Position numbers and translations under genes: made by a program. From the NCBI RefSeq assembly GCF_006345805.1, contig NC_042998.1:12276001-12340000 (forward strand): 64,000 nucleotides of DNA. Direction: 5' to 3'. The notes beneath the pieces were generated by a model. It had not been told where the DNA came from, did not search any database, and saw only the letters and a list, made by a program, of their open reading frames with translations. Source of the stretch: Octopus sinensis (lineage: Eukaryota). Shown here in pieces: positions 12,600 to 25,305 of the stretch. How positions within the stretch are numbered: the stretch's first letter is position 1; every line of letters starts with the position of its first letter.

Positions 12600-13030
12600 G
12601 TCAGAAAGTGCATATAAAGTACATGCAGTAATGTAGAAATGTCTGGAAAGCGAACAATGTATGAGTCAGATACATGCTTGTGTGTGTATGGGGGGGGAGA
12701 AAATCAAGTGTAGTGTTGGCGAATCTCAGGAAGCATGGAAGTTTTGAAGGATGCAGTGCTCCGACAACAAACAACTGATGCCGGCAGTTTGTTCCATGCT
12801 TCAGCAACTCTCAGCGTGAAAAAAATGTTTCTGAAAGTCATGGGAGCTGTGCTGTTTTCTTACTTTGTAAATATGTCCACGGGTGTTAGACGGGTGGAGT
12901 TTGAAAACGTTATAACGAGGGACGGAGGCATTGTCGTCTATTTAAGAAGATAGTTTCTCAATGATGCGCTTCCCGTTCTAAGTATGTGCCTTGTGGAATA
13001 TAAACATCATCATTCGGTACTGTTACAATA
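12600..13030 (-). mobile_element. CR1 LINE 3' end
   Basis: Reverse complement closely matches 17590-17803; translates as NTRGHIYKVRKQHSSHDF...VAEAWNKLPASVVCCRSTASFKTSML, a typical CR1 ORF2 terminus. Confidence 0.85.
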
Positions 13031-13495
13031 TACATCTCACTCAGAGATTTAAAACAAACTGTTTTTCTCTAAACATCACTTATAGAATATATACCATTTG
13101 CGAGTGGAAAGAGCTTTAGTCACTAGCTTGTGATTATCTCACAGTGAGGACGGGTAACCATCCAGAAACCTAAGGTCTGGGCGTATCACGTAAGACTAGA
13201 GATGGCAAATTGCTATTCGGACACAAAATGTTTGTCGATAGCCATTTGGAAAAGAAGTTTTTCCTGGGCCCAAAACAAAAGTAACATCGCCATTTATAGG
13301 ACTGTCACATTCTGTTGGCATATAAACATATATATATTTGGAAAGAAGATTTTTTCTCAAAGTTAAGATTGAGAAAGAACCTTTTTAGAAAGTGGAAAGG
13401 CACTAACCTTTGGGAAGGGATTTCACAAAATGTGTGTGACTTTTGCTTTTATAGATGTGCAAACGCTTTCAGTTGTTAACGTTTTCAAGCACGTG

Positions 13496-13620
<125 letters not shown>

Positions 13621-13678
13621 CACGCCATGTTAGGTCGCTGAATACTCTTTCTTTTTTTTTTTTGTCTATTTCTTATTC

Positions 13679-13712
13679 ATTTTATTGAAGAGCGTAGGCT
13701 TGAAACGTAAAA
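13679..13712 (+). ncRNA. Degenerate hammerhead-like motif (210-bp element family)
   Basis: tt-TTATTGA-A-GAGC-gtag-GCTT-GAAAC-GTA-aaa; helix II and GAAAC/NUH retained, core decayed. Confidence 0.4.
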
Positions 13713-13749
13713 CATTTTTTTCATTTTTCCCTTGCGTGAAACGTGCTTG

Positions 13750-14290
13750 TTCTATACAACTCATCAAAGGTCAAAGGTGTATGTATAGTACATAGAATTA
13801 TGTACAAAAGTTAGGAATGTGAACAACGTATGAATCTTGATATACATGTGTGCATGCGTTTGGAGCAGGGGATATCAGGTTTAGTATTGGCGAATTTCAG
13901 GAAGCCTGGAGGTTTTAAAAGATGCAATGTCTCGGCAACTAACAACTGATGCGGGTAGTTTGTCCATGCTTCAGCAACTCTGAGTGTGAAAAATGTTAAC
14001 GAAACTCATGGGAGCTGTACTGTTTTCTGACGTCGTAGGCATGACCAGTGTGTTAGACACACGGTGTTCAAAATGTTACTCAAGGTGGTTGTTGGCATGA
14101 TGGTTAATAATTTTGTGAATATTTACTCAGTCAGTTGCCAGAATCGGAGTCAGTTGCCAGACTCGGAGTCAGTTGCCAGAATCGGAGTCAGTTGCCAGAC
14201 TCGGAGTCAGTTGCCAGACTCGGAGTCAGTTACCAGACTCGCAACGAGGTACATGTTGATGTGAACAGGATTCAATCAGAATGACATTAT
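13750..14290 (-). mobile_element. CR1 LINE 3' end, diverged, containing a 19-bp minisatellite
   Basis: Homologous to 12600-12950 and 17590-17803. Confidence 0.75.
14126..14241 (+). repeat. 19-bp minisatellite x6 (CGGAGTCAGTTGCCAGA[C/A]T)
   Basis: Units start at 14126, 14145, 14164, 14183, 14202 and 14221. Confidence 0.95.
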
Positions 14291-14618
14291 ATATATGAAT
14301 ATACCTCGGTGTGTGCGTCTATACGTTCACTCATTATGAGTAATGATGCGTGCAATACACACACGCATCGCACACACACACATACACACGTCCACACTTG
14401 CACGTATACATAGACACATGTACATACATGAATATTTGTACGTATATGTATATATGACTAGCACACAAAGTGGATTCAAAGGATACTGCAGCTATCAGAG
14501 AAAACCTCTCTTACAAAGAAGTGAAAGGTAGAAATTTCAGGTAACTAAAAATCCTACAAATCTGAGTGGTGAAAAATAACAGGAGAAATTATAAGCTTAG
14601 GATCTATCAGAAGTGAAT

Positions 14619-14784
14619 GCGCAGGAGTGGCTGTGTGGTAAGTAGCTTGTTTACCAACCACATGGTCCCGGGTTCAGTCCCACTGCGTGGCACCTTGGGC
14701 AAGTGTCTTCTACTATAGCCTCGAGCCGACCAATGCCTTGTGAGTGGATTTGGTAGACGGAAACTGAAAGAAGCCCGTCATATA

Positions 14785-14834
<50 letters not shown>

Positions 14835-15528
14835 TTAACAATTAGGATAACTTCTTAATAAGGAATCTTAACAAGAAATTATCAGGTAGTTTAAGATTCC
14901 TTATTAAGAAGTTATCCTTAATTGCTAAATTTATTCCGAAATACTTTTCTTACCCGACATGCAGTTCGAAAAAGCCCGCCATTTACCGAATATATGATTT
15001 ATAAACATTCCATGTGCTTGGCCGGAGTGAATAGATGTCTGTTCGTCTTCGCTAGGTAAGGTTGGTTGTTTATTTATGATGTGTTCAGAATCAGTTCTGC
15101 TGAGGATCATAAGACGTAAGTTAAATGTGAAATCACGGTGATACAGAACTAAATTCATTTTTTAAATGTCTTGCTTTGAAGAACTGCATTTAGGTATGAT
15201 TAGTGTAATTTTGGTAGTAATGACTTTGTCCCTCTTAGTGTGAGGCATTTATGTGTAATAATGCCCTCTATACAATATATATATATATATGCGTGTGTGT
15301 GTTTGTGTGTCTGTGTTTCTCCCCCTAGCATTGCTTGACAACCGATGCTGGTGTGTTTATGTCTCCGTTACCTAGCGGTTCGGCAAAAGAGAGCGATAGA
15401 ATAAGTACTGGGCTTACAAAAGAATAAGTCCCGGGGTCAAGTTGCTCGATTAAAGGTGGTGCTGCAGCATGGCCGCAGTCAAATGACTGAAACAAGTAAA
15501 AGAGTAAAAGAGTAAAAGAGTAAAAGAG
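14619..15528 (+). mobile_element. Family A SINE split by a ~445-bp insertion in its internal (TA)n
   Basis: 5' half 14619-14780 (A box TGGCTGTGTGG, B box GGTTCAGTCC), 3' half ~15275-15528; foreign DNA 14829-15273 flanked by TA repeats. Confidence 0.85.
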
Positions 15529-15657
15529 AGCTATTTAACCACATGATTTTAACGGGATTGCGGCCGTAATCATGCGGATATCAGGGCTGTCAAGCAGTGG
15601 TGAGGGACTAACTCAGTCACCCCACCACCACACACACACACCACAAACACACACATA

Positions 15658-15706
<49 letters not shown>

Positions 15707-15988
15707 AATCACACACACACAATTTACTTATGGGAAACGTTTTGAATAGGAGCACATAAAGCCCCTATTCTATTATACCAATCACAGCTTAATGATGTTG
15801 ACTGGTAACCCCTTTTTAGTCGGGGTTGCCTCGAGCTGTAGGATAATTTATGTAGGATAAATTTAATAATAATAATAACAACAATAACCTTTGGATGATA
15901 TTCATAAATATTGAGAGACACAAAGTTCTCTCACACATACACATATAAAAAGCCAGCACCACACAAACACCACACACACAACACGCAC

Positions 15989-16135
15989 ACACATGCTATC
16001 ACACACACACATGCTATCACACACACACATGCTATCACACACACACATGCTATCACACACACACATGCTATCACACACACACATGCTATCACACACACAC
16101 ATGCTATCACACACACACATGCTATCACACACACC
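15989..16135 (+). repeat. 18-bp minisatellite x~8 (CACACACACATGCTATCA)
   Basis: Read directly. Confidence 0.95.
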
Positions 16136-16296
16136 AGCTATCACCCACACCACCTTATCACACCCAAACCCCCCCTCACACGCACCCCCCCAGACTTGCG
16201 CGCACGCACATACAACACGCAAACACACAGATACTCTTACACTCTCCTGTCTTAGAAGGAACTTTTTCTTCACCCATTCCCTTCCGGTCATTTCAA

Positions 16297-16517
16297 AATA
16301 TAACCACATGTTGATCGTTGGCGATTTTTTCCTCCGTTTTCCTTTTCTTTTGGACTTTCGTCCGTCTCCTGTTTCTGACGAACAGCTTTGCTCCAAACGT
16401 AAAAGCTACCTTTCTTTCCCTGCTTGAGTGTCTGCTAATACTTTGTACGTTCCACGTCCGCTTTTTTTTTTGTCTTTTTCTCTTGTTGCTTCTTTGTTTC
16501 TTTGGCGGGATTTACTA
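16297..16517 (+). mobile_element. Diverged copy of the ~210-bp hammerhead-bearing element
   Basis: Collinear with 45974-46182 (cgttggcga-tttttcctc ... gttccacgtcc ... ggatt); motif gttt-CTGACGA-A-cAGC-ttt-GCTC-cAAAC-GTA-aaa at 16371-16404. Confidence 0.7.
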
Positions 16518-16526
16518 TGTATATAT

Positions 16527-16738
16527 ACTCTCTTTTACTCTTTTACTTGTTTCAGTCATTTGACTGCGGCCATGCTGGAGCACCGCTTTTAGTCGAACAA
16601 ATCGACCCTGGGACTTATTCTTTTTAAGCCCAGTACTTATTCTATCGGTCTCTTTTGCCGAACGGCAAAGTGACGGGGATGTAAACACACCAGCATCGGT
16701 TGTCAAGCAATGCTAGGGGGACAAACACAGACACACAA

Positions 16739-16773
<35 letters not shown>

Positions 16774-16944
16774 CATATATACGACAGGCTTCTTTCAGTT
16801 TCCGTCTACCAAATCCACTCACAAGGCTTTGGTCGACCCGAGGCTATAGCAGAAGACACTCGCCCAAGATGCCACGCAGTGGGACTGAACCCGGAACCAT
16901 GTGGTTGGCTAGCAAGTTACTTACCACACAGCCACTCCCGCGCC
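16527..16944 (-). mobile_element. Family A SINE, full length
   Basis: Head, CORE-like segment and tail all present. Confidence 0.92.
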
Positions 16945-16978
16945 TAACCCTATATATATGAAGAGAGAGGCAGAAAAA

Positions 16979-16993
16979 AAGAGAGAGAGAGAG

Positions 16994-17071
<78 letters not shown>
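16979..17071. repeat. (GA)n microsatellite
   Basis: Read directly. Confidence 0.95.
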
Positions 17072-17073
<2 letters not shown>

Positions 17074-17548
17074 CAAGGAGAATGTTTACTGTCATCGTTG
17101 TAGTTGAACACGAAGTTATCGAAATGATGCTCAAATTGGAAATTAGGAAATGATGTAAGGGAAATAATTGGGAAGAAAAAATTATACTGCAGCCAAGGGA
17201 GAGAACTCGGCTATACTGGCAATCTCGTAATTGTAATAATTAGTAAATGAAAATTTCCAAGTAACTACTTTAATTAATTGATTAATTTCTTTTCTTCACT
17301 ACACAATAGCTTTAAGGCTACTTTAAATTCACCTTTAGACTGGAGTTTATCGTTAATTGATTGTACACATTACGCGAATAAAACCATCAAACATACTAGA
17401 GACAAAGTTCATAATTTATGAAATTTAAGCATGATGTTAAAAGAAATTATACGGTATTCTGTATCAATTTTGCGAAGATGAGAAACATCGAGAATATTGG
17501 AAACAAAGAAAGCATATTAATAATGCATTATTATTACTATTATTATTA

Positions 17549-17579
<31 letters not shown>

Positions 17580-17589
17580 TTTATTTTAA

Positions 17590-17803
17590 AATATACTTTT
17601 CAAACTCCACCCGTCTAACACCCGTGGACATATTTACAAAGTCAGAAAACAGCACAGCTCCCATGACTTTAGGAAACATCTTTTCACGCTAAGAGTTGCT
17701 GAAGCATGGAACAAACTGCCGGCGTCAGTCGTTAGTTGTCGGAGCACTGCATCCTTCAAAACTTCCATGCTTTCTGACATTCGCCAACACTACACCTGAT
17801 TTG
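17590..17803 (+). mobile_element. CR1 LINE 3' end
   Basis: FKLHPSNTRGHIYKVRKQHSSHDFRKHLFTLRVAEAWNKLPASVVSCRSTASFKTSML. Confidence 0.88.
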
Positions 17804-17838
17804 GTGGTGGTGGTGGTGGTAGTAGTAGTAGTAGTAGT

Positions 17839-17887
<49 letters not shown>

Positions 17888-17930
17888 TAGTAATTGTAGT
17901 AGCAGTAATAATAATAATAATGATAATAAT

Positions 17931-17979
<49 letters not shown>
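17803..17979. repeat. Compound trinucleotide array (GGT)n-(AGT)n-(AAT)n
   Basis: Read directly. Confidence 0.95.
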
Positions 17980-17980
<1 letters not shown>

Positions 17981-18240
17981 GCTCAGAAAATATAAAGACC
18001 TACTCATTGAAATTGAGAAAATGTGGCATTTCAAGCGCGGTTACAATATCAGTGATCGTAGGAGCACTAGGAATGATCAAGAAGGGAACCGAAAATTATA
18101 TGAGAATGATCCCTGGCTTACCATCCCTGCAAGAAGGGCAAAAGATTGTCTTAACTGGTACATCACACATATTGAGAAGAGCATTGTCGATGTGAGAACT
18201 ATTACTACCCATGTATTTTAATTTAACTTTATTTCTATCC
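17980..18240 (+). mobile_element. RLE-type LINE extreme 3' end
   Basis: KYKDLLIEIEKMWH, frameshift, then VIVGALGMIKKGTENYMRMIPGLPSLQEGQKIVLTGTSHILRRALSM*; same type as 5300-6226. Confidence 0.85.
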
Positions 18241-18711
18241 AAAAAAAAAAAGATGAACTAGTGAGTTTAGTTTAATGGCCTACCAATGTATACTATGAGT
18301 TTCTTTGCCCTAGGAGTCGGGAAGACACTCGGCAAGAAATGGAAGCAAATTTGAAAGAAGAAGAAAAAATGATAATAATAATAATAATAATAAACAGCTT
18401 GAAAGTCTCGTAGATACTATTCGCATTTTCTCAAATGACGTAGGTATGGAATTTGATATAGAGTAGCGCACTATATTGAAAATGAAACGAGGAAGAGTTG
18501 AAAGAAGCCAGGGAACTGAAATGGCAAAAGGGTAAACAATGAGTGCGGTTGAGAAAGGACAGTCGAATAAATATTTGAGAAAACTGGAAGTAGACGCAAT
18601 TAAAAATGAAGAAATGAGACAAATTACCAGCGAGAAGCACACAAAGAGAATGAGTCAAACTATTGGAGTGAAAGCTGAATTCCAAAAATCTTACTGAAGG
18701 AATAAATCATA

Positions 18712-19139
18712 TACTCTTTTACTCTTTTCTCTCTTTTACTTGTTTCAGTCATTTGACTGCGGCCATGCTGGAGCACCGCCTTTAATCCAGCAACTCGACC
18801 CCGGGACTTATTCTTTGTAAGCCCAGTACTTACTCTATCGGTCTCTTTTGCGGAACCGCTAAGTGACGGGGACATAAACACACCAGCATCGGTTGTCAAG
18901 CAATGCTAGGGGGACAAACACAGACACACAAACACACACACATACACATACACACATATATATATATACATATATACGACGGGCTTCCTTCAGTTTCCGT
19001 CTACCAAATCCACTCACAAGGCTTTGGTCGGCCCGAGGCTATAGTAGAAGACACTTGACCAAGGTGCCACGCAGTGGGACTGAACCCGGAACCATGTGGT
19101 TGGTTAGCAAGCTACTTATCACACAGCCACTCCTGCACC
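18712..19139 (-). mobile_element. Family A SINE, full length, inside LINE
   Basis: Complete head to tail. Confidence 0.92.
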
Positions 19140-20008
19140 TATACGAAATTAGAATTATAGACTGGACCAAAAACGATATAAAGAACCTTGACAGTAAAAC
19201 TAGGAAGTTGTTGACAATGTATGAAGCTCACCATCCGAAAGCTGATGTCATCCAGCTGTACTTGAGGAGGGATCAGTGTGAAAGAGGTTTAATAACAGTA
19301 GAAGAATGTGTATAGATGGAAATATAACGCCTGGGAGAGTAATTACAGAGTAGCACAGAAAAAAGTACTAAAGACAGTGGATAGGTGAGCAGGTGATCAA
19401 GAGCGTAATAGGAGAAAAGGACAATAATGAAGTACAAAGAGACCATGTCAGACAGATTGAAAAGAAACTTTTGCATGGCCAATTTTAGAGAGTCACTGAA
19501 GACATATGTAGAACAAAATTCTAGGCTTGGTCGAAAAAAGGAGTAATTAAAAAAGAGGAACAGAGAACCTAACTGTAGCAGCCTAAGATCTAGCGATAGA
19601 AGCAAACAACTTGAGAAAAAAATATATATAGAGAGAATGTATCAGAAAAATGTAGAGTTGGGAACTTGGAGCTTGGAACAAAACAGTGACACACATTGTG
19701 ATGGAATGCCCCAAGTTGGCACAGGAAGAATATAGGAAATGGAGGCGCGACCAGGTTCTAAATGGGGATTTTAAGCTGGAAACACAGTACAACCACCGAG
19801 TCCAAAGAGTACTGGAGTCCGAGAAATGTAAAATTTTGTGGGACTTTCCTATACAAACGGACAAGGAGTTAGAAAATAATAGACGAGACATAACAACTAT
19901 AAATAAGAAAAAGCGAAGTTGCTTACTAATCGACCCATCATGCCCATTTGATTCCAGGATCGTTAAGAAAGAGGACCCCAAAAATTTTCTTTTAAATAAA
20001 AAAATAAA

Positions 20009-20400
20009 GGCGCAGGAGTGGCTGTGTGGTAAGTAGCTTGTTTACCACTGGGTGGCACCTTGGGCAAGTGTCTTCTACTATAGCCTCGGGCCGACCAAAG
20101 CCCTGTGAGTGGATTTGGTAGACGGAAACTGAAAGAAACCCGTCGTATATATGTATATATTATATATATGTATATATATATGCGTGTGCGTGTTTGTGTG
20201 TCTGTGTTTGTCCTCCTAGCATTGCTTGACAACCGATGCTGGTGTGTTTACGTCCCCGTTACTTAGCGGTTCGGCAAAAGAGACCGATAGAATAAGTACT
20301 GGGCTTACAAAAGAATAAGTCCCGTGGATCGAGTTGCTCGATGAAAGGCGGTGCTCCAGCATGGCCACAGTCAAATGACTGAAACAGATAAAAGAGTAAA
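20009..20400 (+). mobile_element. Family A SINE with B-box region deleted, inside LINE
   Basis: 'tttaccact' is joined directly to 'gggtggcacc'. Confidence 0.9.
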
Positions 20401-20794
20401 TACAATCCCATAAAAATTGAAATAGGAAGAATTTGGAGCATGCGAGCAGTAAAGTGCGTTCCTATAATAATTGTTGCGTTGGTAACAGTAAGCAAAGATA
20501 TACACAAATGGCTGAAGGAGAGTGGAATAGAAAGAATGCCCGGTAGGGCGCCTACAGAACGTTTGTCTTTCAGGGACAACAAGGATTATCAGGAGGGTTT
20601 ATAAGCACTTGAAAGCTTGTGGATACTTGTGGATACCTAAGGTTAAAACTTGTGAATACAGCTGAAAACTTGTGGATACCTAAGATTACTAGTAGTAACC
20701 CGCTACCCACATAAATTCTACCAGGAATAAGACCGAACCTGCGCCAGAGCAAAATCAAAGTAATAATGAAAATAGTCCTTTCTACTTAAAGGCA

Positions 20795-20985
20795 CAAGGA
20801 CTGAAATATTGAGGGAAGGGTCTAGTTGATTACATCGACCCCAGTGTTTCACTGGTACTTAATTTATCGACTCCGAACGGATGTAAAGCAAAGTCGATCT
20901 CGGTGGTATTTGAACCCAGAACGTAAAGACAGGCAAAATGCCGTTAAACATTTTGCTCGGCGCGGTAACGATTCTGCCAGCTCGC
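20795..20985 (-). mobile_element. Deu/Nin-like tRNA-SINE (family B), diverged
   Basis: Homologous to 41503-41730 and 43136-43370. Confidence 0.8.
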
Positions 20986-20986
20986 A

Positions 20987-21400
20987 TACTCTTTTTTACT
21001 CTTTTACTCTTTTACTTGTTTCAGTCATTTGACTGCGGCCATGCTGGAGCACGGCCTTTAATCGAGCAACTCGACCCCGGGACTTATTCTTTTGTAAGCC
21101 CATTCTATCGGTCTCTTTTGCCGAACAGCTAAGTTACGGGGACATAAACACACCAGCATCGGTTGTCAAGCAATGCTAGGGGGGGAAAACACAGACACAC
21201 AAACACACACACGCATATATATATATATACGCATATATACGACGGGCTTCTTTCAGTTTCCGTCTTCCAAATCCACTCACAAGGCTTTGGTCGGCCCGAG
21301 GCTATAGTAGAAGACACTTGCCCAAGGTGCCACGCAGTTGGACTGAACCCGGAACCATGCGGTTGGTAAACAAGCTACTTACCACACAGCCACTCCTGCA
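20987..21400 (-). mobile_element. Family A SINE
   Basis: Head to tail with a small internal deletion. Confidence 0.9.
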
Positions 21401-21418
21401 TATACATTTATATATACA

Positions 21419-21485
<67 letters not shown>

Positions 21486-21698
21486 TGTATGTGTGTGTGT
21501 GTATGTGTGTGCGTCCGTGTGTAAGCGTGTGTTAAACGGGTTCGAGAGTGCACCTGTGTATTGACGTGGCTACATGGAGTACCTGGTACTCTAAAAATAC
21601 CATTTACTGAAACAAAGTACGAATAGACAACAATACCTCATTCATTGTGTGTTTTATGCATACATGAGCGATCAAACACATAATTACATGCGCATTCA

Positions 21699-21700
<2 letters not shown>

Positions 21701-21781
<81 letters not shown>
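21701..21781. repeat. (TATC)20 microsatellite
   Basis: Read directly. Confidence 0.95.
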
Positions 21782-22857
21782 GATGCGCAGACACGCGCTG
21801 AGACTGCGACATCTCTGGCTCTATGTAGACGACGGTGAACAGGTGTGGTCGCCGTTTGTGAGGCACGCTTTCCCGCAGCTCGTCTCCATGACCGAACTGC
21901 AGTCGTGGATCAAAAAGAGGCCGAGGAAGGGCGAATGGCACCGCGAGTGTCGCGTTGCCCTCAAGCAACTCTGCCGTCCTGGGTCGACCTTAAGTGACTT
22001 CAACACAACCAAAGCATTCTATAGGGGTTTAGTGGAGGGGAGGTACGACGACGAGCTCGGGGCGAACCTGGACGTCGACGAGGAGTACCTGACCCGCCTG
22101 TTCGGGACGACTTTCGGGCCAGGGCCCATGGACAACTTCCAGAGATCCCTGCCTGGCAGTGCTACCGAGAAGCGCTACCCGTTCGGGATAAGCTCTACAG
22201 ACACGGCTCGAGAAACACGGGGCCGACCTGCCCGAGATGCGGTCAGAGCGACGAAACCGTTCTGCACGCACTCGTTCAGTGTCCAACAATTTCCGACCTG
22301 TGGGCTTATGTCGAACAACTGCTGTCACGTGTGGGACGAGTCGGTTTATCAGCTGAGTCTATCGTCAATATTGTCACGCCTCCTTCCTTCAAACGGGAAG
22401 GAAGAGCTATTTTCATCATCCTTGTGGCTATGGCGAAAGAATGTATCTGGTGGACGCGTCTGAAAGGATTGGAGACAAACACTTTCCTCTCTGGTCAATC
22501 TCTCATCAACTTCTTCAAGTACCACTTGAAAAGGAAAGTGAGAGTAGAGAGGCAAGTTTTGTCTAGCGAATGTTTTAAAAAAAGATGGGTGAATGTAGCA
22601 AGAATGGCACGTATGAATGACGAAGCCACCTTGAGCATAGTCTATGAACCCAGAAATCGAAAACAGAGAGTTGCTATTTGCAAAAAAAAAAAAAAAAAAA
22701 AAAAAAGAAATATAAAATGTGACTTCATTGACCGAGGTTACCGTGGTCTTTTCCGCAGGCTTTTCTTTCCACGGGTAAACCTCACCTGTCCTCCCCTTTA
22801 CACTTCATATTGACATTTCTGTGATAACGATCCCTATTGATCATTTTTTTTCCTCTC

Positions 22858-22888
<31 letters not shown>

Positions 22889-23052
22889 AACCCCCCTTAT
22901 TTTTGTCCTCTTTCTCTCCTTTTACGATCCCTTTTGATCGAACCTCCCCCTTCCTTTTTTTTTTTTTTTTTTTTTTAATACCTTCAAAAGAAAAGCTCTA
23001 CCTTGTAATTTGTTCTATCTGTGTGCAGCCCTGTGTGGCTAATAAAGAAACA
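21782..23052 (+). mobile_element. 5'-truncated, young Tx1/L1-type LINE
   Basis: ORF 21783 shifts frame at ~22150 into WQCYREALPVRDKL...CPRCGQSDETVLHALVQCP (CCHC), continuous with ORF 22331; AATAAA at 23041; GC/CpG-rich; (TATC)n on both sides. Confidence 0.85.
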
Positions 23053-25305
23053 TATCTATCTATCTATCCATCATACCCTGCGACCAATTCATCAGTTAGC
23101 ATGGATTGTCATCTTTAAGAGAAAATTTCTAATGAGAAACACTATGTTAGCCATGTTTGTTTACCAAGGGTTCAGCTTGGATTTTTAATACCTTCTACTT
23201 GAAACCACACACACACACACACACACACACACGCTCACACACACGTACATATGAGGGTCCTCTGCTGAATTTTAGTGGAATTCACTAAATATCTCATATT
23301 AGTTAATGAAAAATTGTTACTTCATCACTTCAAATGTGAGTGTCCATATTAATATTGATATTGATAGAAAAATATCCATGTTAGTAAAAGAATAATAATA
23401 TAAATATTAAATTTTTGTCGTGTGCTACTCATCCCTGGATAGTTATCGAGACATCCTGTTATAACGCTTCTGTGCCCATTACGTTTATGCACAAAATTTC
23501 CTTATTTTTTTCTAGTCCCCTAAGACTGGAAGCATATATTTGGCTTTGATGCGCTAGCGAGATTTATTAAGACCGAAGCCTTCCAGGAATTGTCACCGAA
23601 CAGCTTAGGATGAACATGACTTTCCACTGTGTTCACTATCTGAGTTCAAATTAATTAAAGTTTGAGCTTGTTTCCTCTGCAGCTCGTATTCAGAATTTTC
23701 TATCTGGACAATGATTGTTCGAAGATTAAAAATGTAAATTTGACTACTTATATTCTTTTTGGACATACTAAATCTATAGCATGCAACTGCCTTCTTTTCC
23801 TTATATGTTTTTGTGTGTATGTGTAATCTTGTGTATGGGTACGCATGTGTATAAGAGTGTGTATATGTCAGCGCATATATGTAATAGTCTGTTTACAAAA
23901 GTCATTTTGACTTGATTTGATCTCACATCTCGTTAGACATTAATCCCTATATATAAAAAGTTTCTACCTGGTTGCTCGACCTGCTAGAATTAAGAGCCAA
24001 ATTTGTTTAATTTGTCAAATCGCACATTGCTAACTTTCTTTTTCGTGATACATTGATAATAGGAGATGGAAAACCGCACGTGTGAATCAAGGCTAGATCT
24101 AATATTTCCGGGATTACTTGCGGCTAAAAATATTTAGAACAACAGTGCACGTAAACATTGCTATTTCTCTTTAATGCCTTAGCACGTCATCCACGCAGAC
24201 ATTAGCACTTCTATCCAACTCCTCAACCCATCATACACTCGCCTTTCCAACACTCCTACTATTAGTTTAATACTGTATAGGACTTTTCGAGCAGAGTTGA
24301 CTTGGGGCTATACAACATCAACAACTGAAAGATACATTTAATAATTTTCAGTAATTCTTATTTGAATCTCATTTGGCTTGAACAGAATTATATTAAGAAC
24401 ATTCTTAGCCAGGGGTTGATTTTGCTTTCTGAATGCAATTTTCTTTTCAGACATAAATCAATGTAGATTTATTGTGCTTCCAAATATTTTAGTTTATTAA
24501 AGGTAGTTTGATTCCCATAACTTATCGCAACATACGGGCAGTACTTAAAGATTGATGTTGTTTATTTGGATCCAGTCAGCCTTGTGGAATTAGAATGTAT
24601 TGATGGCGCGTGTAGCTGTTAGATTGAGTATTCTTAACCATAAAAACACATACATTTTGGCGAAAAAAATAATTTCTCTTTTGTATTAGTGAATTCGTAC
24701 CCATCAATGACACAATTTACAACAATCTCAAAAGACTGAGCCTATCAGAAAAAAAAATCACTCTTAGACAAAAATTGTCTCCTCACCAGGCTGCAATGTT
24801 TCATGAAAATTATTGATGTTGTTGTTTACTTCAGATCAGCTCTGTTTGAATATACTTATGATCTAAAACAGTGCTCCGCAACCGATATTCCGCGGCACAC
24901 TGGTGTACCACGAGACGATGCTAAGTGTGCCTCAGTCGAACTTGAATATAATTTTTTACCCTATACTTAAAAGTTACATTTTCAGTTCAGGTTTACTGCC
25001 GTAATTTGATAAGAATAAAAAAAGTGTACTGCAACTGAAAAAAGTTACATCCAGGCATAATTGTTATTTAACAAATCATTCAAGTTTTAAGGCAACAAGA
25101 TTATATTTTGATGGACATTTGTCTGGAGTTTCTAGAAGAGCACATGACCATGTCGAGGCTTCCTTAAGAAGTAATTTATGGGATTTGATTATGGTTGAAT
25201 AGCAGAATTCTAAATAAACTCCGAAACTTAATATTCCTTTCCTTGTCGAGATACTTAATATTGGTTTCAAATTTTGGCCTTAGGCTTGCAATTTCGAGCA
25301 TGACG

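Larger units (their letters stand above)
18410..20760 (+). mobile_element. RLE-type LINE (RT C-terminus, CCHC, endonuclease) interrupted by two SINEs
   Basis: IFSNDVGMEF...KYL, IIDWTKNDIKNLDSKTRKLLTMYEAHHPKADV, THIVMECPKLAQEEY, KILWDFPIQTDKELENNRRDI...LLIDPSCPFD; the reading resumes after each SINE. Confidence 0.85.

Noticed and set aside
14126-14241. CRISPR-like short repeats (also 15989-16135 and 43457-43729)
   Set aside because: Units are contiguous with no unique spacers, there are no cas genes, and the context is eukaryotic.
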